A stretch of 64,000 nt of DNA from Pristiophorus japonicus (Eukaryota), in the NCBI RefSeq assembly GCF_044704955.1, contig NC_091984.1:147250001-147314000 (forward strand). Direction: 5' to 3'. Position numbers and translations under genes: made by a program. Below are positions 13,430 through 26,889 of this stretch, piece after piece. The notes under the pieces are model-generated. The model searched no databases. It was not told where the DNA came from and saw only the letters and a program-made list of their open reading frames with translations. Position 1 is the stretch's first letter. Each line of letters begins with the position of its first letter.

Positions 13430-14300
13430 GTGCTACAATTCCTCACCTCTCCACTCCACCCGCCGAGGACAATAATGGTATGTTCCGCACCTCTCCCTCC
13501 CTCCCCCCCCCTCCCACCTGGGCACAAAAATGGTATGTTCCTCTCCTCTCCTCGTTTAGCCGGGGACAATAATGGTAGGTTCCTCACTTCACCCTCTCCC
13601 ACCCCCGGGAAAATAATTGTATATTCCTCACCGCTCCCTCTCCTTTCCCCACTGGGGGATAATAGAGAACATAAGAAATAGGAGCAGGAGTAGGCCATAT
13701 GGCCCCTTGTACCTGCTCTGCCATTTAATATGATCATGGCTGATCCGATCATGGACTCAGGTCCACTTCCCTGCCCGCTCCCCATAAACCCTGATCGGTT
13801 ACGAAACTGTCTATTTCTGTCTAAAATTTATTCAATGACCCAGCTTCCACAGCTCTCTGAGGCAGTGAATTCCACAGATTTACAACCCTCTGAGAGAAGA
13901 AATTTCTCCTCATCTCAGTTTTAAATGGGCGGCCCCTAATTGTAAGATCATGCCCTCTGGTTCCAGTCTCCACTATCAGTGGAAACATCCTCTCTGCATC
14001 CACCTTGTCAAGCCCCCTCATAATCTTATACGTTTCGATAAGATCACCTCTCATTCTTCTGAATTCCAATGAGTAGAGGCCCAACCTCCTCAACCTTTCC
14101 TCATAAGTCAACCCCCGCTCCCTCTCCCCACACCACCCGGGGACAATAATGGTATGTTCCTCACCACTCCGCACACCCCACCCCCCGGGACAATAATAGT
14201 ATGTTTCTCTCCTCTCACTCCCTGGGGACAATAATGGTATGTTCCTCACCTCTCCCACTCCTCTTCCCCTGCTCCCCGGGAACAATGATGGTATGTTCTT
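13430..14300. repeat. Degenerate minisatellite (about 45-50 bp, core GGGGACAATAATGGTATGTTCCTC) split by a CR1 3' fragment at 13665-14115 (-)
   Basis: The core motif recurs about 9 times on both sides of a CR1 3' end (AGAACATAAGAAATAGGAGC tail, LYSLEFRRMRGDLIE). Confidence 0.75.
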
Positions 14301-14689
14301 GTTGGGTTCCCCTGGATCATTCTCAGTTACTGAGGAAGTCCATGTAGCCCCTGCTGGGTTCCCCTGGATCATTCCCAGTTACTGAGGAAGCCTTTGCCGA
14401 TCCAATACGTGGGAATACCGAGCGCAGTGTTGAACGACAGCACACCTGGTGACCTGCTCACTGTTTCCATCCATGTACAGCAAAATCTGGACCTTCCGAT
14501 TCCCCCCATGGCCAAGTTCCCCAGCACACTGAGCTCTTCAGCCTGCACTTTATCGCACGGCATCGCAGAGCCGTTGACTTCTTGCGTGGGTTTTGTCCAC
14601 AAACAGTTGGATAGTGTCTGCTCTCAACTGGATTATGTTCTTGGAGAGGCTCAACAGCCTCTCCTTCTGGTTCTCCTTGTTCCCCCACA

Positions 14690-15388
14690 ACAACAACAAC
14701 TTGTATTTATATAGCGCCTTTAACGTAGTGAAACGTCTCAAGGCGCTACACAGGAGTATTATGTGATACAAATGTTACACCGAGCTGCATATGCAGAAAT
14801 TAGCACAGGTGACCAAAAGCTTGGTCAAAGAGGTAGGTTTTAAGGAGTGTCTTGAAGGAGGAAAGAGAGGTGGCGAGGTGAGAGAGGTTTAGAGAGGGAG
14901 TTCCAGAGCTTGGGGCTCAGGCAACGGAAGGTATAGCCACAAATGGTTGAGCAATTATAATCAGGGATGCTCAGGAGGGCGAATTAGAGGAGCACAGATA
15001 TCTCAGGGGTTGTGGGGCTGGAGGAGATTAGGAGATAGGGAGGGGCAAGGCCATGGAGGGGTGTGAAAATCAGGGTGAGAATTTTGAAATCGAGGCGTTG
15101 TTTTACCAGCAGCCAATGTAGGTCAGCGAGCACAGGGGTGATGAGTGAGCGGGACATGGTGCGAGTTAGGATTCAGGCAGCCGAGTTTTGGATCACCTCT
15201 AGATTACATAGGATAGAATGTGGGAGGCCAGCCAGGAGTGTGTGGGAATAATTGAGTCTAGAGGTAACAAAGGCATGGATGAGGGTTTCAGCAGCGGATG
15301 AGCTGAGGCAGGGGTGGAGACGGGCGATGTTACGGTGATGGAAATAGATAGTGTTAGTTATGCTGCGGATGTGTGGTCGAAAGCTCAG
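14690..15388 (-). mobile_element. L2-clade LINE 3' fragment with (TTG)n tail
   Basis: Translates AETLIHAFVTSRLNYSHTLLAGLP...IQNSAA; CAACAACAAC tail next to TTTATATAGCGCC. Confidence 0.88.
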
Positions 15389-16494
15389 ACTAATCAACTT
15401 ACCCGTCACTTTATGAGACCAGTAATGGGCTCCAATTGTAATGTTGCCCAGGCCCGTGACACACAGAAACTGGACAAGTGTAGAGCAAACACCCCAACAA
15501 TCTGCTCACCAGCGTGTCTGTGAGCTGCAGCTGTGAAACCCGTGGAGATTTGAACAACTCTCCGCAGGAGGAAGCCACGGTGATTGGCTGACAGTCTGGG
15601 ACGGTAAGGATCGGAGCTGCCTGCCCTTCCACAATGCCCGGCAGGCTGAGGCCAGAGTATTTCACCATTGCTCTGGCCGGCAGGACAGCCTCCTTGTCGG
15701 ACTTGCCCAGGTCCATCATCTGGTCCCATCCCCCACTTTTCACCGTGTCCTTACTGACTGTTTTATTATTGGTCGGAGCCAGTGGGTCCTTTAGTGCCCC
15801 CACACAGTCCATGCCCATCTCTGCTTCTCCATGTTTCACAGCCAGCTGAGAAATCTCTCTGGTTGGATTTGCCGTGGGGAGCAGTACCATTGAGCAGAGA
15901 AACATTAACACAGGGGTTGAGATGAATGAGCAGGGTGCAGAATAACAGCGGGAATAATGTAGTCACTGCCTCTGCCAACTCGGGCTTAGTGTTCAGATGG
16001 CAGCCAGGGATCGAAGGGTTAAATAGATTGAAGCTCTCTCCTCGTTGCTCTCTCAGGCACAAATGCACAGGCGTAACACTTTGCTGTGATTGGTCCACCC
16101 CTGCGGTTTCTGTGTTGCCATGGTTTCCATTGTGAGGCCAGGGGACATGAGCCCTCAGTGGTGGTGTGTCCCGCGGGGGTCATGTGCCCATATAAGTCCT
16201 GCCCGCTGTGTGTGTCAGTTTAAGGTGGGTGTTGGGGTTGAAGGCCCAGACCTGAGATACAGACCATATGGACAAGGCAACATTCACAATCCTGTGCAGC
16301 CATGTTGGATTGAGCAGCTGGTTGTTCCTAATAGACAACCCTCTGCACCACAGACTCTCAAAGTCCTTGTGGCAAAAGGTGTAGAAATGGGAGTGTCCCG
16401 CAGACATTTCCAGCAGCATTGCCCCAAATTGGGATTTTCATGTGTCGAGGATTGAAACTGTTTAATGATGTCATGAGGAAGTGGTTGTGACATC

Positions 16495-16650
16495 AGGAGG
16501 TGGGGCTGTGTGTCCATTATTATATATTATATATAACTGTGGGGTGAGTCAGTACAGGAGGTGGGGCTGTGTGTCCATTATTATATATTATATATAACTG
16601 TGGGGTAAGTCAGTACAGGAGGTGGCACTTGTGTCCATTATTATATATTA
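16495..16650. repeat. About 61-bp tandem repeat, three copies
   Basis: CAGGAGGTGGGGCTGTGTGTCCATTATTATATATT... repeated. Confidence 0.8.
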
Positions 16651-16714
16651 TTGTAATATTGTGTAATAGAGTAATATATCAGTATAATATATCATGGTCT
16701 ACAGGGCTGTAATA

Positions 16715-17243
16715 ATACCCGCCCTCCCGTATGGCTCAGAGGCATGGACCATGTACTCGTCCAGGCTAACATACCTAGTATTGAAACACTGACCTCACTC
16801 GATCAGCTCTGCTGGGCAGGCCACATAGCTCGCATGCTCGCCACGAGACTCCCAAAGGATGTGCTCTACTTGTTGCTTCTCCATGGCAAACGAGCCAAAG
16901 GTGGGCAATGGAAACGTTACAAGGACACGCTCAAAGCCTCCCTGATAAAGTGCGACATCCCCACTGACACCTGGGAGTCCCTGGCCAAAGTCCACCCTAA
17001 GTGGAGGAAGTGCATCCGGGAGAGCACTGAGCACCTCGAGTCTCAACGCCGAGAGCATGCAGAAACCAAGCGCAGGCAACGGAAATAGCGTGTGGCAAAC
17101 CAATCCCACCCACCCCTTCGCTCAACGACTATCTGTCCCACCTGTGACAGGGAATGTGGCTCTCGTATTGGATTGTTCAGCCACCTAAGGACTCATTTTA
17201 AGAGTGGAAGCAAGTCTTCCTCGGTTCTGAGGGACTGTCTATG
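16715..17243 (+). mobile_element. RTE-clade LINE 3' fragment
   Basis: Translates QLCWAGHIARM...KRYKDTLKASLIKCDIPTDTWESLA...CPTCDRECGSRIGLFSH. Confidence 0.88.
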
Positions 17244-20220
17244 AGAAATATATATAGCTCCATCCGGTGGTCTCCTGTGGCACTGCAGCCGGTGCTGTGT
17301 AAAAATAAAGAGGGAACTGGTCACCGAACTAGAATTCCAGAGTGTTTGCCATCTTAAGGTTGTGTGTGTGTTTATGAGTTGTACTGAAGATATAATAATG
17401 GTAATGAGAATGGGATAATCAGAAAAAAAGCTGCAATTTTTGTTGATGGATGATTCAGCCAACCGACAGAGAGACTTTGAGAGCTTCTCTGTTTTGATTA
17501 ACAGCTGCAAATCTGAGGTATATTACAAGCACACTTGTTTGAACTGCCAGAGTCCAGTAGGCCACGCCTATGGGAATAATAGGGTATTTGGGGGAGTTTC
17601 AATGTGACCGTGAAAGTTTCGGAGCATATGTGGAGCGGCTAGAAATGTTTTTCACTGCAAATAATTTCATCGATGTCCCCAAAGATGACAACCATAACCG
17701 GATGGTGTTGGAAAAATAACGGGCAATTGTCTTAACTGAAGCAGGGCCCAAGGTGTATGAAACCCTTAAAAAAATGTCCAGTGACTGTCAAGCCAAAGGA
17801 CACAACTCGTAAGCAGATTCAGCACTACAGTCTGCTTAAGGAAATTGCTGAAAGTTATGGTTTCGGATTACGGGATCAGTTAACCGAAGAAAATATCAGT
17901 GAGTACAATGTAGCATTAAAAGGGCTATCTATTCACTGTAATGTTGGAAACTTTCAGGACCAAGCATTGCATGACCGCTTTGTTTGTGAGATGAACAATG
18001 ATGTGTTCAGAAGAAAGTTATTGACAACGCCTCACTTGACTTTTGATTTAGCTTGTCAGACAGCTACGTCAATGAAAATGGCTGACCAATATTCCCGATC
18101 CTATTTCCAGTCATCGGATGAATCGCCTGCAGGTTAAAAGTAAAAGACAGTTGGGCCCCAAGGTCTCAGAAACTGCCAATGGTAACAAAGCATTGAAGTC
18201 ATGCTATCGGTGCCTGGGACAACACATTGCTCAAAGTTGTCCATATGTGAAGGCAGAGGGTTTCATCTGCAGGAAAACTGGGCATCTTGCGAAGGCATGC
18301 CATCTGAAGGGTAAACTAGCTTTCAAAGCTATAAGTAGAAATCCCCAAAGACTACATAGGATGCAAGAAAAACAACAGGATGAGGAGGATTTAGAGCTAC
18401 ACGTTATCAGGAGCACGAGGTTAACTAACAGCAATTCGAAAAGTATCATAATCCACATAGATGTTGCAGGAACCAAGATACCCATGGAAATCGACACTGG
18501 TGCATCCGTGAGTGTAGTACCAGAGTCGCTATACCTCGACAAATTGCGTGATTTCCCATTGGAGAAATCCAAGATAGAGCTGCGAGGCTATTTGGGAGAG
18601 AACATTCCTGTGATAGGTCTTATCACTGTACCGGTGACATACAAGGATCAATTTCAGAGCTTGCAACTATTAGTAGTGGCAGGAGACAAGCCTGCCTTAC
18701 TAGGAAGAAATTGGTTGGGATCACTGAAGCTGGATTGAAGAGAGATTTTTCGTGTTGAAACGAGATTTTCATCAAAGGATGATGTTGTCAAGAATTATCC
18801 GAAGGTGTTCTGCGAAACAGGCAGTCTGATCCAAGGCTTCAAGGCGAGTGTCAGGGTACAGAAGGACGCTAGATCGGTTTACTGCAAGCCACGTCCCGTA
18901 CCATATGCACTCAAGGAGAATGTTGAGCAAGAACTCAAAAGACTAGAGACTGAGAACATTATTTGTAAGATTGATCGATGTAATTGGTCTACACCATTGT
19001 TGTTGTACCTAAGTCCGATGGCAAGGTAAGATTGTGTGGTGATTATAAAGTAACCGTACACTCGGTTCTATAGGTTCTAGAGGGTAATATCCCCAATACA
19101 TTGCCAAATGTAGAAGATTTGTTCACAACATTGACAGGTGGTCAGATCTTCTCAAAGTTGGATCTTACAAATGCCTACTTATAACTTGAACTTGGTGAGA
19201 AGTCCAACTCATGTTTGACAATAAACACTAGGCCTATATCAATTTAATAGGCTACCATTTGGAGTGTCATATTCCAAGGGGTGATGAACCAGATTTTGCA
19301 AAGTATTGAAGGGGTAGTATGTTATTTAGATGACATACTAATTTTAGAACCAAATAGGAAAATTCATAATAACATATTGAATGAAGTCATCAAACGGCTA
19401 GAGAAGCACAGAGTATGAGTGTCTGCTCGCAAGTGTGAGTTATTTCAAAACTCCGTGGAGTACTTAGGGTACAGAGCAGACCAAGATGGTTTACATCCAA
19501 CTAAAGGAAAGCTGGATGCAATCAAGAAATGCACCCACTCCCAAGAATGTCACTGAACTTCGATCATTTCTGGGTCTTTTGAACGATTATGGGAAGTTCC
19601 TACCAAATTTGGCTACAGTGTTACATCCACTGAATGAACTATTGAAAAACCAGGTCCATTGGAAGTGGTCAGAATAATGCGATACAGCATTCAAGGAGTG
19701 TAAAAGCAACTTGGTCGAGAGCACCATGTTAGTTCACTATAACGTATCTAAGGAGATCAAGCTAGCATGTGAGGCTTCTCCGTATGGAGTTGGGGCAGTG
19801 ATCGCTCATGTACTACATAGTGGGGAGCAGAGACCAATTGCTTTTGCTTCACGCACTCTCAATGCCAGTGAGCGTAATTATGCGCAAATTGAAAGGGAAG
19901 CTTTGGCATTAATGCTTGGGGTCAAGAAGTTCCACAAATACTTGTATGGTCGTAAGTTTACCATCATTATGGACCACAAGCCCCTGACAGCAATCCTCCA
20001 TCCAAAGTCCCCAGTTCCAACATTAGCTGCATCCCGAATGCAGAGATGGGCTTTGATTTTGTCAGCATATACATATGATACTGAATTCTGACGATCAGCT
20101 GATCACAGTAACGCTGATGCTATGTCTAGATTGCCTTCCCCATCACAAGTTACACGTGATAGGGAAGAAGTGTTCTATTTTTCATACATTGATGAACTGC
20201 CAGTCACAGCTGAAGAGATT
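17240..20220 (+). mobile_element. Gypsy/Ty3 LTR retrotransposon: 5' LTR, PBS, gag, PR, RT, RNase H; truncated before integrase; pseudogenised
   Basis: Short LTR with AATAAA at about 17240-17396; PBS-like TGGTAATGAGAATGGGAT at 17399-17416 (decayed tRNA-Ser GCT type); CCHC knuckles CYRCLGQH...C; protease IDTGAS; YLDD at about 19324; RNase H CEASPYGVGAV and NYAQIEREAL. Confidence 0.92.
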
Positions 20221-20642
20221 GGTCTAGACTTTCCACTTTGTTCACTCGGGCCCAAAAAATAGGTGATGTTCCAGCCTTAGTGGTGTTTCAGCCTTTATGA
20301 TCGCTGGACCATCGCCCATTTTTTGGATCGTGACTTTCGGCTCATTGATAGCCCAGCGATGTGAAATGAGCGAAGCGAGAGCCCAGGGATGTGACATCGC
20401 CCAGCGATAGTGCAGCGATGGTGAAGGCAAAAGCTTCCCTAGCAATGGACTTCTGCGCATGCGTGCTTTTTTTTTGGTGGACATGTTTTCCCGCTTCTCG
20501 AGAGGTCGGGGGTCATCCACACATACGCAGAAGGGGAAGAGATATTGAGAGAGGGTAGAGAGAGCGAGATAGAGAGAGGAGAAAGCCAGAGACAGAGAGA
20601 AGAGAGAAAAGAGAGAGAGAGATAGAGAGAGAGGTAATGAAT

Positions 20643-23600
20643 ATGTCTGACAGTGATGAAAGTGTTAGAGATGTGGAGAGGGGGAGGAAGAGGTCCTAAC
20701 CCTTTTCGGATGAGGACAACGAGGTGCTCGTCACAGAGGTCGACTCCCGGTGGGCCCAAGTGACCGGGGGAGGGGGAGGGGTGGTGCAGAGCATGGTGGG
20801 AAACCAGCACCACGGGCGTACTGTCAGATATGGAGTGAGACCGCCACTGTCATCCCGTCTGCATCCCACGAAGCCACGGGATCTGATCAGTGCCGCAAGT
20901 GCTGGAACAGCCTTGTGCTTCAGCAAGTGTAATTATGAGTTTATATTGTAATGATGCAAATTCTAAGTATAATTATAATTATAATTTTCAATCTCCTGGA
21001 TTGAATGTAAGCTTGTTATTCTAACATATATGAGATATATCATGCCCGCTAAAAACTGGACGTGGTTATGAAGCTGTGCCCATTTTAAGTCTCTCTGGCT
21101 ACTGTCACTTACACAGGGACCTAGCATGGACTGGGGGAGAGCTGCCTTTGCTCACTGTCTGGCCTGGGACAATTTTGGACATTAGCTACTGTCATTGTCG
21201 AGTTGAATGTAGATTGTATTCGAGAGTGATGTCGGCCTCAAGCATTCGCTCCTAAACACACCGATCTTTGTTATAACCGTGCATCATTTGTGGACACACA
21301 TCCTATTAGCATATAACGTTGGGAACTGTTGTCTATAAATGATATAACCTAGTCAAGTAACTTATGCCATGCTCTTTTCACATTTGACAAGGAAGATATC
21401 TCATAATCGGGTGCTGCAGAGGTGCACCGGACGAGGCCCTGCTGTAATACAGACAATGACTGGCCTTGAGGAACGTGCTACAGTACTAGTGGGGGCCCAC
21501 AGTCACACGGTCACCACCCGTAATGTTGCCGGACCCTCCCATGTGTCACGTGAGTAATGTTTCAAGCAGTGCTTTAGTAATGTTACATCATCTCATTATA
21601 ATAGAATAGACAAATGATGTCATGTTATGCATGCGGCCTCTGTGCTACTCTCAGGTCGAGAACATAAGAACATAAGAGCAGGCCATCTGGCCATCGGTCT
21701 CCTTCTCTGTCCACACCCCATAAACCCTCACTCCCTTATCATTCTGTCTATCTGTGACAGATCCAACCTCCACAGCTCTCTGGCGCAGTGAGTTTCACAT
21801 CGATGTACCACCATATGTACTACCATATGATGCATTAATATGTAACGTCTCTCGCTCACATTTATTGCAGTAGTGCTGTTCCTCCAATGTATGCCAGCGC
21901 GGTGCAGCAATCCCTTCTGTTCCAATCAACTCAATTGTGTGTTGCAGGTCTCCCAGCTCCAGAGGCGCCAGTGGAGGACACACCCTCACATGCACCTACC
22001 CCACTGCATGTGTCACTCACCTTCCCCACAGCACGTCACTCACCTACCCCACTGCATGTGTCACTCACCTACCCCACTGCATGTGTCACTCACCTGCCCC
22101 ACTGCATGTGTCACTCACCTACCCCACTGCATGTGTCACTCACCTACCCCACTGCATGTGTCACTCACCTTCCCCACAGCACATCACTCACCTACCCCAC
22201 TGCATGTGTCACTCACCTACCCCACAGCACGTCACTCACCTACCCCACTGCATGTGTCACTCACCTGCCCCACAGCACGTCACTCACCTACCCCACAGCA
22301 CGTCACTCACCTACCCCACTGCATGTGTCACTCACCTACCCCACAGCACGTCACTCACCTACCCCACTGCATGTGTCACTCACCTGCCCCACAGCATGTG
22401 TCACTCACATACCCCACAGCATGTGTCACTCACATACCCCACAGCATGTGTCACTCACCTACCCCACAGCACGTCACTCACCTACCCCACTGCATGTGTC
22501 ACTCACCTACCCCACAGCATGTCACTCACCTACCCCACTGCATGTGTCACTCACCTACCCCACTTCATGTGTCACTCACCTGCCCCACTGCATGTGTCAC
22601 TCACCTACCCCACAGCATGTCACTCACCTACCCCACTGCATGTCACTCACCTGCCCCACAGCACGTCACTCACCTACCCCACTGCATGTGTCACTCACCT
22701 GCCCCACAGCACATCACTCACCTACCCCACTGCATGTGTCACTCACCTACCCCACTGCACGTGTCACTCACCTACCCCACTGCATGTGTCACTCACCTGC
22801 CCCACTGCATGTCACTCACCTGCCCCACAGCATGTCACTCACCTACCCCACTGCATGTCACTCACCTACCCCACAGCACGTCACTCACCTACCCCACTGC
22901 ATGTGTCACTCACCTGCCCCACAGCACGTCACTCACCTACCCCACAGCATGTCACTCACCTACCCCACTGCATGTGTCACTCACCTACCCCACTGCATGT
23001 GTCACTCACCTACCCCACAGCACGTGTCATTCACCTACCCCACTGCATGTGTCACTCACCTACCCCACAGCACGTCACTCACCTACCCCACTGCATGTGT
23101 CACTCACCTGCCCCACAGCATGTGTCACTCACATAACCCACAGCATGTGTCACTCACATACCCCACAGCATGTGTCACTCACCTACCCGACAGCACGTCA
23201 CTCACCTACCCCACTGCATGTGTCACTCACCTACCCCACAGCATGTCACTCACCTACCCCACTGCATGTGTCACTCACCTACCCCACTGCATGTGTCACT
23301 CACCTACCCCACTGCACGTGTCACTCACCTACCCCACAGCACGTGTCATTCACCTACCCCACTGCATGTGTCACTCACCTACCCCACAGCACGTCACTCA
23401 CCTACCCCACTGCATGTGTCACTCACCTACCCCACTGCATGTGTCACTCACCTACCCCACTGCATGTGTCACTCACCTACCCCACTGCATGTGTCACTCA
23501 CCTACCCCACTGAATGTGTCACTCACCTACCCCACTGCATGTGTCACTCACCTACCCCACTGCATGTGTCACTCACCTACCCCACTGCATGTGTCACTCA

Positions 23601-25900
23601 CCTACCCCACAGCATGTCACTCACCTACCCCACTGCATGTCACTCACCTGCCCCACAGCACGTCACTCACCTACCCCACTGCATGTGTCACTCACCTGCC
23701 CCACAGCACATCACTCACCTACCCCACTGCATGTGTCACTCACCTACCCCACTGCACGTGTCACTCACCTACCCCACTGCATGTGTCACTCACCTTCCCC
23801 ACTGCATGTCACTCACCTGCCCCACAGCATGTCACTCACCTACCCCACTGCATGTCACTCACCTACCCCACAACACGTCACTCACCTACCCCACTGCATG
23901 TGTCACTCATCTGCCCCACAGCACGTCACTCACCTACCCCGCAGCACGTCACTCACCTACCCCACTGCATGTGTCACTCACCTACCCCACTGCATGTGTC
24001 ACTCACCTACCCCACAGCACGTGTCATTCACCTACTCCACTGCATGTGTCACTCACCTACCCCACAGCACGTCACTCACCTACCCCACTGCATGTGTCAC
24101 TCACCTGCCCCACAGCATGTGTCACTCACATACCCCACAGCATGTGTCACTCACATACCCCACAGCATGTGTCACTCACCTACCCCACAGCACGTCACTC
24201 ACCTACCCCACTGCATGTGTCACTCACCTACCCCACAGCATGTCACTCACCTACCCCACTGCATGTGTCACTCACCTACCCCACTGCATGTGTCACTCAC
24301 CTACCCCACTGCATGTGTCACTCACCTACCCCACAGCATGTCACTCACCTACCCCACTGCATGTCACTCACCTGCCCCACAGCACGTCACTCACCTACCC
24401 CACTGCATGTGTCACTCACCTGCCCCACAGCACATCACTCACCTACCCCACTGCATGTGTCACTCACCTACCCCACTGCACGTGTCACTCACCTACCCCA
24501 CTGCATGTGTCACTCACCTGCCCCACTGCATGTCACTCACCTGCCCCACAGCATGTCACTCACCTACCCCACTGCATGTCACTCACCTACCCCACAGCAC
24601 GTCACTCACCTACCCCACTGCATGTGTCACTCACCTGCCCCACAGCACGTCACTCACCTACCCCACAGCACGTCACTCACCTACCCCACTGCATGTGTCA
24701 CTCACCTACCCCACTGCATGTGTCACTCACCTACCCCACAGCACGTGTCATTCACCTACCCCACTGCATGTGTCACTCACCTACCCCACAGCACGTGTCA
24801 TTCACCTACCCCACTGCATGTGTCACTCACCTACCCCACTGCATGTCACTCACCTACCCCACTGCATGTGTCACTCACCTACCCCACTGCATGTGTCACT
24901 CACCTACCCCACAGCACGTGTCATTCACCTACCCCACTGCATGTGTCACTCACCTACCCCACAGCATGTGTCACTCACCTACCCCACTGCATGTCACTCA
25001 CCTACCCCACTGCATCTGTCACTCACCTACCCCACAGCACGTGTCACTCACCTACCCCACTGCATCTGTCACTCACCTACCCCACAGCACGTCACTCACC
25101 TACCCCACTGCATGTGTCACTCACCTACCCCACTGCACATCACTCACCTACCCCACTGCATCTGTCACTCACCTACCCCACAGCACATCACTCACCTACC
25201 CCACTGCCTATGTCACTCACCACGGGTGGTGAAGAGGAGGAGACCACCAAGCCCGAGGAGGAGGAATACTTGGAGACAGAGGCGGATGCCCCTTGCATCC
25301 CTCTGTCTGGTGAACCTGCAGCCACGATGATGATTCCCACCGAAGAGGTACCAGCAACAAACGGCAACGAGTTGGCGACACCAAGCCGCACATTGGTGCT
25401 GTCAGGGGCTTAAGCAAAGGCTTACCCTGGACGATTGCGTCGACAGCCTGGCAACGAATGTGTGAGGAGTCTGTCATGATCCAGCGTGAGCAGCTCCAGG
25501 TGTTTGTGGGGTTCACGGATGAATTCTCCCGGGTGTCTGCTCACCAAGCGGAAGCAATGCAGCAGCTGATCCCCGAGATGCATGAAATCTCTGCCTCCTC
25601 CCATGCATTGCGGCATGCGTTCTTGGCGGCACACGGCACTGCACCCCGAGCTCCCATGACCACAAGCACCGGCACACAGGCGGGTCCGGACGATGCACCT
25701 CCTCCTGACTCGGAAGTCCATCCCCCTGTTTTGTCCTCCCCTCCAACAGCCCCCCAACAGGTGATCGTGACACCACATCCCTCACCGTGGCAAGAAGTCT
25801 TGCCGTAGCCCACTGCACACTGGCTTCATAGCAATACCCGGGGACCAAAACATGTGGGTGAGATAAGGTGACGCTTGGTGCAGGATCTGGAGGAAACGTG
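20643..25900 (+). pseudogene. Harbinger Myb/SANT-like DNA-binding protein; exons at about 20643-20928, 21391-21549 and 21948 onward
   Basis: Exon 1 RKRS*PFSDEDNEVLVTEVDSRW...IWSETATVI...DQCRKCWNSL; exon 2 RKISHNR...CTGRGP...LEERA ending at GTGAGT; exon 3 follows TTGCAG and has acidic and coiled-coil segments. The 3' end is approximate. Confidence 0.75.
21993..25221. repeat. 3.2-kb minisatellite of 25/23-bp units (CACCTACCCCACTGCATGTGTCACT and CACCTACCCCACAGCACGTCACT), about 130 units
   Basis: Read directly from the sequence; it produces the long low-complexity ORFs in all three plus frames. Confidence 0.98.
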
Positions 25901-26714
25901 GCCACAGGTAGGGAGGGGGTGCAATGTGTTTTATATTGTACATATTGTTCACATTGTTCATTGTTGGTGTTTTCATTGTTGTTTCACTGTTGGGGTGTGG
26001 GTGGGAGAGGGGGGTGCTTTTGTGTTTGTAATTTAAAAATAACGTTCAAGAGTTATTATTTTATTAAAACAATTTTATTTCACTTTACAATTGTTGTGCA
26101 TTGTCTTCTAATAACGTAAACATGAATGCAACTGTTGTGAAACAATGGCCAGGCCGGACCCAGTAAGGATGAAATGTCACTTATGAATATAAATACAATA
26201 ACATGTCTAATTGTGAGTGGATCTATCTTTAAAAGGCCCTTAAATAATTCACAAACTATCTAAGCCCCTGTTTAAGCAGCCTCCTCGCTTCCTGCAACGT
26301 TCAAAATGGCGTCCGTAGTGCCAAGCTCTGTGAGGAAGGCCAGGCAATAACAACTATTCTCCAGCAATGTTCTCGGTGAACGATCAGCCCGGCGATGTGC
26401 CGACGATGTGCCGGAAGTTGGGCTGGGCGATGTGCGGGCGATCACCTCGGTGATGTGAGCCAAAAGTTGGGGGGATAATTCTCTGGGATGTGACAGCCCA
26501 ACTTTCCACTTTTGAGTCAAAATGGGCAATAGCAGGCCTTTTTGGGCAATATATGGGCACTAGCCCAGTGATGTAAAGTGGAAAGTCTAGCCCTATGTTT
26601 CTATGTTTCTAACCATGATCTTATTGAATGGCAGAGCAGGCTCGAGGGGACAAATAGCTTTCTCAACCTAGTAATTCAACCTAGTAATTCTTATGTACTT
26701 ATGTTCTAGTGCCG

Positions 26715-26855
26715 CCCACAGTGTGTGTGATGTCAGAGCCCCGCCCACAGTGTGTGTGATGTCAGAGCCCCACCCACTGTGCGTGTGATTTGAGAGTCCC
26801 GCCCACCACTCATGTAATGTCAGAGCCCCGCCTACTGCACGTATGATGTCAGAGC
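26715..26855. repeat. About 30-bp degenerate tandem repeat (GTGATGTCAGAGCCCCGCCCAC)
   Basis: Four to five copies visible. Confidence 0.65.
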
Positions 26856-26889
26856 AAACACATCTACTTGAAGGAACAGACAGGTAGAT

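Larger units (their letters stand above)
20221..26593 (+). mobile_element. Non-autonomous PIF/Harbinger element that keeps only the Myb/SANT gene
   Basis: 19-bp TIRs GGTCTAGACTTTCCACTTT and AAAGTGGAAAGTCTAGCCC; spliced Myb/SANT pseudogene inside; no DDE transposase motifs seen. Confidence 0.85.

Noticed and set aside
21873-25413. Giant His/Cys-rich ORFs (399-1147 aa) as host genes
   Set aside because: They are open in all three frames only because the repeat unit lacks plus-strand stops, and the array lies in a TE pseudogene that already has a stop in exon 1.
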